Shown here: in pieces, positions 40,301 through 47,450 of the stretch
How the letters are laid out: the number at the start of each line of letters is the position of its first letter
Numbering within the stretch: the stretch's first letter is position 1
Assembly (NCBI GenBank): GCA_030634545.1
Contig: DAOWAN010000003.1
Span: 1 to 48,754, forward strand
Reading direction: 5' to 3'
Origin: Candidatus Nanohalarchaeota archaeon
Lineage (GTDB): Archaea > EX4484-52 > B79-G9
DNA: 48,754 bases
Notes under the pieces: generated by a model
What the model was told of the DNA's origin: nothing
Seen by the model: the letters and a program-made list of their open reading frames with translations, nothing else
Databases searched by the model: none
Position numbers and translations under genes: made by a program

Positions 40301-42324
40301 TTTTGAATGATAAGATTTAACAGGGACGGTGTCGCAAGAATTTTTGACTCCTCTGCTAATTCATGAGCATCTGAAACATTGATTAAACCTGCTCCCTGAA
40401 CAAATACTCTTTCACCAAAATCTTCGGCTGTATTCATTAAAATCTCTTTTATCTCATCCGGAGTCAGGTCGGAATCTGTCTGTTTCAATAGTGCTACTGC
40501 GCCTGCGACGTGCGGGGCGGCCATACTTGTGCCGCTAGCAGAGGTATAATGCGGAGTGTATAAAATACCCATATCAGTGCTACCTGACCTTGCTGAAATT
40601 ATTGAAACACCGGGGGCAACTAATTCCGGTTTTATTCTGCCGTCTGATGTGGGACCGATACTGCTGAAAGATGCAATCTGTCCTGATTGCGCATATTTGT
40701 ATGAAGCACCAACAGTAATCACTTTTTTTGCACAGCCGGGAGTAAGGATTGTTTCATTACCCCACCAGCCATAATTTCCTGCTGCTATAACTACCACTGT
40801 ACCCATATCCCATGCTTTTTCTGCTGCCTGCGCCAAAGGATCATTTCCATCACAAATGTTTTGCCCACCACCTAAACTCATAGAGATCACATCTGCTCCA
40901 CTTAGTACAGCCCATTCTATGCCCGCTATTATCCCTGAATCATATCCATAGCCATCATCACTTAGGATCTTGCCATTCAATAGCTGAGCGCCGGGCGCTA
41001 CACCTTTAAAAATATCCGGCTGATAATCCAAATTGATATCCAATCCTATTGTCAGATTATTGTCTTCTGAATCGATTTGAGAGACAAGATATTCTGTAGA
41101 ACCCCAAGAACCATAACATACCCCCCAATAATCACATACAGAATAATATTTTTTAAAATGCTCATTCTCAAATGCTTTCATCTGGTCGAGCATTGTGTTG
41201 AAGTCCCCGTCTTCATCAAGATAAATTAAACTGTAATCGGAGGTGATTTCTACGAAACCATTTATGCCTGTGCTGAAATTAAATGTAACATTACCCCAAT
41301 CTTGTGTCCCTGTGCCAGTTATCCATGATTTCCCACCATCAATACTGAAATCGTAAATATGTGTCTCATTTCTATTAATGTCCAATGTATAATTCTCATT
41401 TTCCTGGACCATCAATACATAATCATCTGTATCGTATCCCCACCAACCGGATGGGATGTCATAATTAGATACCTTAGAATCAGGGGTTATCTTAAATATC
41501 CATTTTGTGAGAAGTACATTATACATATCAACTAATTCGACTATTCCTACATGCGGTGTCTGTTCCGGATTCGGTATGTTTGTCAAACCGCTTGTATCTG
41601 TAGAGATTGTGTCTACAAAGATTGTGGAGCCAGCACCGCTCCCGGCAATTATGCCTGCGCAGTGTGTTCCGTGCCCGTAGCCATCTGATGCGTCTAATCT
41701 GTTATCGAATAAAGTGAAATCTCTTTCTAAAATAATCTTATCTTTCAGTCCGGGATGATCTTTGTCGATTCCTGTGTCTAAAACCGCTATCTTTACCCCT
41801 GTACCATCAATGCCATTGTCCCAGACAAATGGTGCGCCAATCGCTTTTGTGCTTTCACTGAGAAGAGGAGTGAATTTTCCTTTTTCTCTCAATTCCTGCA
41901 TTTCCTGTTCAAAGCCTTCATCCGGTTTTGGTATCTGTACTTTTTTGTCTAAATAGATTCCTTTAATGTTGGTATCTGAAGCTATGTTTTGGATGTTTTC
42001 GTGAGGGATGTCCAGGGCGATTGCGCCTATCAGTTCATAGATGTATTTTATCTTTGCATTATTCTGGTTTAAAAAATTGATGACTTCGTCCTTGTGTTTG
42101 ATGTCAGTTAAAGTAACTATCACCGGTACGTCTATTGGTGTCGGTTGACTCAATTGAGTATTTAGGGTGGATACTGCGGTCTGCGGTTGTTGTGATGTTT
42201 TTTCAGATATTTCCTGTAAATGTTCTACAAGAGCAGGGCCAATTATTGTTGGCTCTGAGTGTACTGAATTTGCGAGAAGCATTAAAAAGAACACACATGA
42301 CCAGATTAGAGTTAACTTTTTCAT
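37381..42324 (-). CDS. Large membrane-anchored S8 subtilase
   Basis: Signal peptide and propeptide; VLDTG, HGTHCAG and GTSMAAPH motifs; CTEDWTCTEWSSC motif; C-terminal TM helix. Confidence 0.93.
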   Translation of the reverse strand: MKKLTLIWSCVFFLMLLANSVHSEPTIIGPALVEHLQEISEKTSQQPQTAVSTLNTQLSQPTPIDVPVIVTLTDIKHKDEVINFLNQNNAKIKYIYELIGAIALDIPHENIQNIASDTNIKGIYLDKKVQIPKPDEGFEQEMQELREKGKFTPLLSESTKAIGAPFVWDNGIDGTGVKIAVLDTGIDKDHPGLKDKIILERDFTLFDNRLDASDGYGHGTHCAGIIAGSGAGSTIFVDTISTDTSGLTNIPNPEQTPHVGIVELVDMYNVLLTKWIFKITPDSKVSNYDIPSGWWGYDTDDYVLMVQENENYTLDINRNETHIYDFSIDGGKSWITGTGTQDWGNVTFNFSTGINGFVEITSDYSLIYLDEDGDFNTMLDQMKAFENEHFKKYYSVCDYWGVCYGSWGSTEYLVSQIDSEDNNLTIGLDINLDYQPDIFKGVAPGAQLLNGKILSDDGYGYDSGIIAGIEWAVLSGADVISMSLGGGQNICDGNDPLAQAAEKAWDMGTVVVIAAGNYGWWGNETILTPGCAKKVITVGASYKYAQSGQIASFSSIGPTSDGRIKPELVAPGVSIISARSGSTDMGILYTPHYTSASGTSMAAPHVAGAVALLKQTDSDLTPDEIKEILMNTAEDFGERVFVQGAGLINVSDAHELAEESKILATPSLLNLIIQNGRQTTITLNTTLTDPALSAIKDGTQIIDLITDYDTVNSTIGFNYTFYMPDDAYSFNISINWNNSSNDIDMTLYDPVNMHYSGSYGIIDSESIFVYKPKDGLWRLYVYPYSVSGEVNVTITLKTYKPETWDWFNYSENGLTIIPDADISGLYAGKIKLNSIDEDVMIPASIIVSEPIEFKSYATHEYFGSNICGTGNYAQPPSSGGSGSSMGYTNRIASFDGYFCSSNERRAFSFEVLPQIPYLKISLWIRDYAPGSYNDLRLFVYDPAGKEYDASDLEGSIENSYLREPLEGNWTVVIESENLYLEDDAGLQFSGEIWYPGMTANLKSSRITLEPNETTNVTINLTNFLDSDFLLNSTESNVWVETPLDIVPASDIDKNNTLGPFSNSYRYYNFNITQEQLNNDEHLKFEAHLDSLAYLNTFELYIFDGNGTLVEQSMNTYGSDISGYLYLTENYESGLWTIVLVGEGLYYEEYPFDLNIWVVSEAECDWISVINRPTDYFTDTENISLSIRLPDNATSETYSATLYLTGDWYSGENHEVLEGSWSDTIPLMISLVKPMVDISLDIDKQEYSPTEEVIAKAQLTNTEEYLYKQTTGTVFWQVAYENHTTIISKIENVHISGGESIDLAQNWRANILKPGDYILTLLYNYTDYSGKNWTAEASKQFNVALVNVNIPKDSSINITEGELTLQIKVGDSTNASVNLIEHLNNPGNTTPSGMTDWNRFIQIEVNDDLEGNMNWAMIKMHYNDSELSAAGIDENTLKMYYLNETLNEWTACENTGVNVIDNYVWANVTHFSHYGSFASIQGEDPPEEDNNNIGSSTSSRTPAPAIIQSAACTEDWTCTEWSSCENNRQTRTCTDRNVCATEENKSAESQTCEIEPKTPKYISAHDIPDTKEDEEKRVLTSSDRTAQEDMGPTGLAASTISKYAPGLDSIMIVLIAIIVGIFLRAIFMKKNRAEPIKYKKHVPKNKKH

Positions 42325-42495
42325 TGAATTACCACCTTAAATATATAATTTAGTGGAAGAATGGTTAACACACACCTTTATATATGTTACTCTTTGTGAA
42401 TGATTAAAATAGATTTTAGGTTTTTTGTGTATGGCTATAATTCAGGTGAGTTATCTTTGAATCGATTACTTAGAATCCTGCTTATATCCCACTGG

Positions 42496-43818
42496 TTAAT
42501 TTGTGTTTTTTCTTAGGGTTTTTATTAGGGCGTCAAGTAATCTGCGCTCGGTGAGTGGGGATTTTGGGTTGTCTTTGAAGTCTTTGTATGTGTTTTTGTC
42601 CAGACAGGAGATGAGAGGGAGGTTTTGTTTTTTGCATGCGTTTTTTAGGGCAGTGTAGCTTTCTGAATCGGGTTTGAAGTATGCGAAGAGCTTTTCGTAT
42701 CTGTGGGATTTCAGGTAGTTTTCGATTCTATCTTGTGTTGTTTTTAGGTATTGTTTTTTTATCTCGGGGGTCTCTTCCCATTCGGGCCAGTCGTAGTGGG
42801 CGAAGGGGTATTTGGTCTCGAATTCGCGGGGGATTATGCCTGGATTTGAGATCATGAGATGGTGGAGGTTTGCGTAGGCGGACAGGGATTTTAGGCGCCT
42901 CGTGATTTCTTTGTGAGTTTTTGAGTATGAGTAGGGTTTGCGGTATGCGCAGGGGAGGAAGAGAGCGTATTTTTTTATTTCGGGTTTTTCGTAGAAGCGC
43001 ACTATGTAGTCCTGCCAGAGGTCGTAGATTGGGTTTTCAAGGTTTTCTTTTGTCGCGCCGATCAGAGGGGTCTGGTCTTTGAAGCGTGGGTATGAGATGT
43101 AGTCGTCATAGTAGATGTCGATTTTTTTGTCTGCGCGGTGCTTTTTTACGAGGGTGTTGAATTCGCTTTTGTTTAGTGGGCGCCATGTTTTTTTCAGCCA
43201 TAGATTGAAGAGTGGGGCGTAGCCGTATGGGTAGGTGTTTATGATTGCGATTGTGTCTGAGTGTTTTTGCGCGAATTCTACGGAGTCGTCGAGGGAGCTT
43301 TGGATGTCTTTTGTGTATGGGAGGTTTGCCATGAGGTATGTCCGTATGTAGAAGCCTTGTTTTTTCAGGAGGGATGCGGCGTTTTGGTAGTCTTTTGTTG
43401 TGAAGCCTTTGCAGATTTTTTTTAGTATGCTGTTGTCGGATGTTTCGAGTCCGAGTGCGAAGTATATTTTTAGTCTGTTGTTTTTGTTTGCGTCTTTTAG
43501 GATTTTTAGGTTTTGGGGGGTTATGTGGTCCGGGCGGCTTTCGATTATTAGTTGTTTTATGTCTAAGTCGATGCATTTTTGGATGAGGTATTTTTGGAAG
43601 TCTTCAGGGATTTGGTTTTTGTCCAGGAATGAGCCGGAGTTCAGGTATTTTAGGGTGTGGTAGGTTTTGGTCAGTCTTGCGTCCAGCTGGTGCTTTAGGC
43701 GGTTGAAGTCAGGCTCTGGGAGGTCGGGTTTTTTGCTGAAGCTGCAGAAGATACAGCGCGCCCATGAGCAGCGACCTGATTCGGTTATGATGGTCAGTTC
43801 TGTTTTGTCTGTCGGCAT
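42496..43818 (-). CDS. Radical SAM (RaSEA-like) fused to an ArcS/DUF5591-like domain; putative archaeosine synthesis protein
   Basis: CSWARCIFC, NSGSFLD, IESRP and GLET in the N-terminal part; LFLPCAYRKPYSYSKTH and YPFAHYD in the C-terminal part. Confidence 0.75.
   Translation of the reverse strand: MPTDKTELTIITESGRCSWARCIFCSFSKKPDLPEPDFNRLKHQLDARLTKTYHTLKYLNSGSFLDKNQIPEDFQKYLIQKCIDLDIKQLIIESRPDHITPQNLKILKDANKNNRLKIYFALGLETSDNSILKKICKGFTTKDYQNAASLLKKQGFYIRTYLMANLPYTKDIQSSLDDSVEFAQKHSDTIAIINTYPYGYAPLFNLWLKKTWRPLNKSEFNTLVKKHRADKKIDIYYDDYISYPRFKDQTPLIGATKENLENPIYDLWQDYIVRFYEKPEIKKYALFLPCAYRKPYSYSKTHKEITRRLKSLSAYANLHHLMISNPGIIPREFETKYPFAHYDWPEWEETPEIKKQYLKTTQDRIENYLKSHRYEKLFAYFKPDSESYTALKNACKKQNLPLISCLDKNTYKDFKDNPKSPLTERRLLDALIKTLRKNTN
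42498..42579. repeat. 82-bp direct repeat, in-gene copy
   Basis: Matches 37295-37376. Confidence 0.9.
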
Positions 43819-43886
43819 GGGTATCACTAACAGTTCTATAATGAGGATAGAAATATAAATTGTGGGGTGTTTTGTTTTTGGTTTAG

Positions 43887-43919
43887 TATACCAGTTGGCA
43901 TATATACCATACGGTATAT
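43887..43919. promoter_or_regulatory. Degenerate copy of the tandem TATACCA-NN-TGGTATA palindrome
   Basis: TATACCAGTTGGCATATATACCATACGGTATAT. Confidence 0.55.
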
Positions 43920-43932
43920 CTCGTGTTTTGTT

Positions 43933-44089
43933 TATAGTAAAAGCCATAACTATTTGGACTGATGGCTTTTCCATATCCTTAAAATTGCTATGCAATTTTA
44001 GGATCCAGGAAATCTTCGATTTCCCCGGATAGATTAACGCCTATTGTTTTATTGGTTCTATTTGTCCAGTTATTATCGGCGTTAACTAT
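43933..44089. repeat. MITE-like hairpin-array element, copy 4 (2 modules)
   Basis: Left arm nearly identical to copy 2; right stem TTAACGCC..GGCGTTAA-CTAT. Confidence 0.8.
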
Positions 44090-44138
44090 GATGAGAAATT
44101 GTGATGGACCAATATATGAATCGCATACCTGCGCCTGC

Positions 44139-45680
44139 TTACGGCAGATCAAGTACCTGTATATGGTTGTCGTTTAGAAACTGTTTTGCAGTTTCTGTGA
44201 ATCCAGATTTTGAAATGAAGAATAATTTTTTGTTTTTGTTCTTAAGTTCAGGGGTTTTTGTTTTTTTTAGAAAGTTCGCTGTTTCCTTGTAATCTGTGGG
44301 CTTGTTTTTCCATTTTATTTCTACAATGTATGTGATGCCTTCACTAATGCCGATGGCATCAAGTTCTATGTTGTTTTTCAGATATCTTCTGAATTCAAAG
44401 CCGAAGTGATCTTTTAGTTTTTCCCTGAATTCATATTCTTTGGCTATTCCAAGTTCGGTTTTTGCTTTTAGGAATTCCTGCTCTATCTGCTTTAACCGGG
44501 ATTTGCGTATTCGTTCAAAGTCTCCTCCTTCAAGAAGTATGTTTCTTATCCAAAACCGAAGTATTGGGTCACATATCCTGTATTGGTGAGCAACTTTTTC
44601 AATGAGGTCAACTTCTGTTAATCTCAGTAGAGAGATATTTACTGTTGGGATAGGCATTCTCGTGGCTTTACTTATTTCAATCATTGAAGATAAACTGTTC
44701 TCTGAAAGATATTCAAGTATGCGCTTTATTGATGAGCGCCCTCTTGCTTTTTCTATGGATGTGTCAAATACGTATTTGCAATGGTCATAAATTCTTGCAT
44801 TAGGTGTCAGAACTTCTTCAAATATTGAAGATGTCAAATCTTTTAAGGTTGGCTGATTGGTTATGGAACACAGGCGGTCTGCGATGCAAAAGGTATAAAA
44901 CGGGTGTCCTCTGGTGAATGTAAATATCCTGTATTTTATCTGTATGTCTGTTTTTATGTCATACATCTTTTCTGTTTTGGCTATGAGTTTCAGTGTGTTT
45001 TGCCTGCTGAAAAAGTCCAGATTTATGTTTGTAAAAAGCTCAAAGAGTGGGGAAGATGAACCGGAAGTTATGCTGTGCATCAGAGATATTGCTGATCCGG
45101 ATATTATCCACATAATATTTTCTGTGTGTTCAAAAGAGCTTCTTGTGGCTGCGAGAATGTTTTTTATTTCCGGGTAATTGTTTAGGTCATTGATTGCCTG
45201 AAATTCATCGAGGATCAGGATTAATTTTATGTCTTGTTCTTTTGCGAGTGTGCCCGGCAATTCAAATGCTTTTTGAATCAGCAGTAGACGATCAGGTTTT
45301 GTTTTTTCGTATTCTTCTATGAATAAACTTACGATTTCGTCTGCGGATTTTGATTTGGGCTTTATTTTGATTAGCCCGGATAGTGAGGGTGAATAGGGAA
45401 TTTGCTGGTCCAGTGAGTAAAATACAGCATAAACAAATCTCAGGGCAAAGTCTTCGGGCGGTGAAGAGTTGTTTTCTATGTTGAAAAAGACAACTTTCGC
45501 TTTTTTTGTGTCTTCGGCAATCTTTCTTAAGAGGAGAGTCTTTCCTGTTTTTCTTAATCCCAATAATGAATAGTTTCGGGGATATCCTTTCGCAAGGAGT
45601 TCTATTCCCTTGTTTATGTGCGTGATTTCAGCTTCCCTGTTTGTGAAGAGGGCTTTTTCTTTTTTTGTCAGATATACCAT
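44139..45680 (-). CDS. Archaeal P-loop ATPase with wHTH and C-terminal restriction-endonuclease-like domain
   Basis: FTNREAE, GLRKTGKT, LDEFQ, GHPFY and ELDAIG..VEIKW motifs. Confidence 0.9.
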   Translation of the reverse strand: MVYLTKKEKALFTNREAEITHINKGIELLAKGYPRNYSLLGLRKTGKTLLLRKIAEDTKKAKVVFFNIENNSSPPEDFALRFVYAVFYSLDQQIPYSPSLSGLIKIKPKSKSADEIVSLFIEEYEKTKPDRLLLIQKAFELPGTLAKEQDIKLILILDEFQAINDLNNYPEIKNILAATRSSFEHTENIMWIISGSAISLMHSITSGSSSPLFELFTNINLDFFSRQNTLKLIAKTEKMYDIKTDIQIKYRIFTFTRGHPFYTFCIADRLCSITNQPTLKDLTSSIFEEVLTPNARIYDHCKYVFDTSIEKARGRSSIKRILEYLSENSLSSMIEISKATRMPIPTVNISLLRLTEVDLIEKVAHQYRICDPILRFWIRNILLEGGDFERIRKSRLKQIEQEFLKAKTELGIAKEYEFREKLKDHFGFEFRRYLKNNIELDAIGISEGITYIVEIKWKNKPTDYKETANFLKKTKTPELKNKNKKLFFISKSGFTETAKQFLNDNHIQVLDLP

Positions 45681-45705
45681 GTGGTATATATACCAAGTGG
45701 TATAT
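45672..45705. promoter_or_regulatory. Tandem palindromic operator overlapping the ATPase start codon
   Basis: ATATACCA-TG-TGGTATAT overlapping ATATACCA-AG-TGGTATAT, next to TTTAAA. Confidence 0.65.
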
Positions 45706-45719
45706 TTAAATGTTTCGTT

Positions 45720-45818
45720 TGATATTTTCCATGAAATGGTATGGTTGTGGTTCTGCCATCAGGATGATGATAAAATACACGGCTTTCTTTTTGGAGAAAT
45801 TAGTATCTAACGGCTCAA
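45720..45818 (-). pseudogene. hicA: HicA toxin remnant
   Basis: TTG overlaps the hicB stop. Reads MSR*ILISPK, then in another frame KESRVFYHHPDGRTTTIPFHG; internal deletion and loss of the catalytic GSH. Confidence 0.75.
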
Positions 45819-46036
45819 GATGAGACCTCTATTTGCTGTACGCCTACAAATTTCGGTAATTCGTGCGCTTCTTCTTTTTCTGTCTCTAAGCAAAGTTCAA
45901 TGACTTCCTGCATGTTTTTCATTAGTTCATCTATTGTTTTTCCATGGGTGCGACATCCGGAAAGCCCGGGCACTTCGCCAATGTACATGTCTGCGCTTTC
46001 GTCTTTTTCTATTATAACTGTGAAATGTCGTTTCAT
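45815..46036 (-). CDS. hicB: HicB-family antitoxin
   Basis: FTVIIEKDE..VPGLSGCRTHGKTIDEL..EVIELCLE. Confidence 0.88.
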   Translation of the reverse strand: MKRHFTVIIEKDESADMYIGEVPGLSGCRTHGKTIDELMKNMQEVIELCLETEKEEAHELPKFVGVQQIEVSS

Positions 46037-46085
46037 AGTATGTTGTTGTTGATATGATTTTATAAAAATAGACGCGCTGTTTTTG

Positions 46086-46177
46086 AATTTCGTATGATAT
46101 CTTGCATGTTTACGACGTGCGACCGAAGGGCGCAATGTGGCTTCAGCCCTTGCGTAAACACGCCGCTATCTGAAGTT
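46086..46177 (-). other. Degenerate attC-like imperfect palindrome
   Basis: Inner arms GCATGTTTACG/CGTAAACACGC, weaker outer arms, internal GC hairpins. Confidence 0.4.
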
Positions 46178-46207
46178 GCACAAGTCGTAAGTTTCTTAAT
46201 ACAATAC

Positions 46208-47134
46208 TTATAATTCTTTTTCAAACCACACATCATTATGTATAAAACCAGTATTGCCTAATGGTTTTTTTATTCTTTTAAATCCAAATTCACGATATAA
46301 ATTGCAAGCTAAACTCATTTCTTTAATGGTTTCTATATAACATTTTTTATATCCTTTTTCTTTTGCCTTATTTAAACATAACAGTAATAATTTTCTTCCT
46401 ATTCCTATCCCTCTAAACTCAGGTAACAAGTACATTTTTTGTAATTCACATATTTTATCTTTAGTTCCTTTTAATGGAGCAATGCCCGCTCCCCCTACTA
46501 TTCGATTGTCTTTTTCAACCACATAAAATTCTGATTTTCTTTTACTAAATGCACCATACATATTCTTGGTATTGCTATCAGATAATGAGTACCTATATAT
46601 TTTATTGCCACCAAACTCTTTTCTAACCGTATGGATGATATACTCTAAAGGCTTATTATCTTCTCGTTTTATTTTTCTGATGTTTAATTTAGCTTGGTTA
46701 TTAACATATTTGATTACTTTTGCATACTTTTTTAGACCATTTATTATGACTTTTTTATCATCTTCATTTAATAGCTGTAAAGCATCTTTCACAATATTAT
46801 CAGCATCATCATTAATCTTTTGAATTATCTTAAAAGATCTATTTGTTAAACAAATCAATTTTTCTCTGCTATCAAATGAGTTGGGGCTAATCGTAACTAG
46901 ATTTAAATTAGATAATTGTTTGATTGTGCGACTTATAGTAGATTTATCCAATTTTAAAAATTTAGAAATACTTGAAATTGTTAAATAATTATATTTCTGT
47001 AATTCAATTAGTATATGACACTGTGTGATTGATAAATTTGTTGATTTTTGTTTCCAAGATAAAATCCCTAATTCTCTAACAATCTGTCTTGAAGCTTCCC
47101 TTACTTCTTGTATTTCGTTTGAAATCATAAGCAT
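46208..47134 (-). CDS. MarR-HTH plus GNAT acetyltransferase fusion (low GC)
   Basis: LDKSTISRTI..DSREK; GGAGIAPL..CELQKMYLLPEFRGIGIG. Confidence 0.92.
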   Translation of the reverse strand: MLMISNEIQEVREASRQIVRELGILSWKQKSTNLSITQCHILIELQKYNYLTISSISKFLKLDKSTISRTIKQLSNLNLVTISPNSFDSREKLICLTNRSFKIIQKINDDADNIVKDALQLLNEDDKKVIINGLKKYAKVIKYVNNQAKLNIRKIKREDNKPLEYIIHTVRKEFGGNKIYRYSLSDSNTKNMYGAFSKRKSEFYVVEKDNRIVGGAGIAPLKGTKDKICELQKMYLLPEFRGIGIGRKLLLLCLNKAKEKGYKKCYIETIKEMSLACNLYREFGFKRIKKPLGNTGFIHNDVWFEKEL

Positions 47135-47141
47135 CTCATTT

Positions 47142-47177
47142 ATTGCTTCATACAATTAGTTAGTTGTATTATACAAC
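47142..47177. promoter_or_regulatory. Probable MarR operator pair
   Basis: Perfect palindrome GTTGTAT-T-ATACAAC (47163-47177) and imperfect ATTGCTTCATACAAT (47142-47156), between the TATA box and the start codon. Confidence 0.65.
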
Positions 47178-47450
47178 CAATATTATATAATAGTATGCAT
47201 TTGCCAAATTAGACATAAGTGAATTATTTTAAAAAAAGCTCGGAGTAATACTTGTATTTACGGTCACTGCAACAGTTTCCTGTGTTTTTGTAATCAAATC
47301 ACATATTTCAAAAAACAGCTGATTGGATTGTAATTGTTTATCTGTCATACATAAAACCCAGTGTTTTTGGTCATTAGTTCGTTGTTTTCAGGTAGATATC
47401 TCTCTGTGTGTATGTTCGCCGTTAGAAGACCTCTTCCGATTACGAATTTT

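Noticed and set aside
43819-43995. N-terminal extension of the radical SAM ORF
   Set aside because: Runs through repeat copy 4 and the operator relic; ATG 43818 fits the domain start.
45805-45811. GTTAGAT after hicB as an attC core site
   Set aside because: Explained as the start of the hicA remnant; no partner arm nearby.
47208-47234. dif-like ATTAGACATAA-GTGAA-TTATTTTAAAA
   Set aside because: Spacer is 5 nt rather than 6, and the AT-rich context makes a chance match likely.
47240-47450. Possible gene remnant on the minus strand (KFVIGRGLLTANIHTERY...)
   Set aside because: Reads like protein but has an internal stop and no start, and I cannot assign a family.
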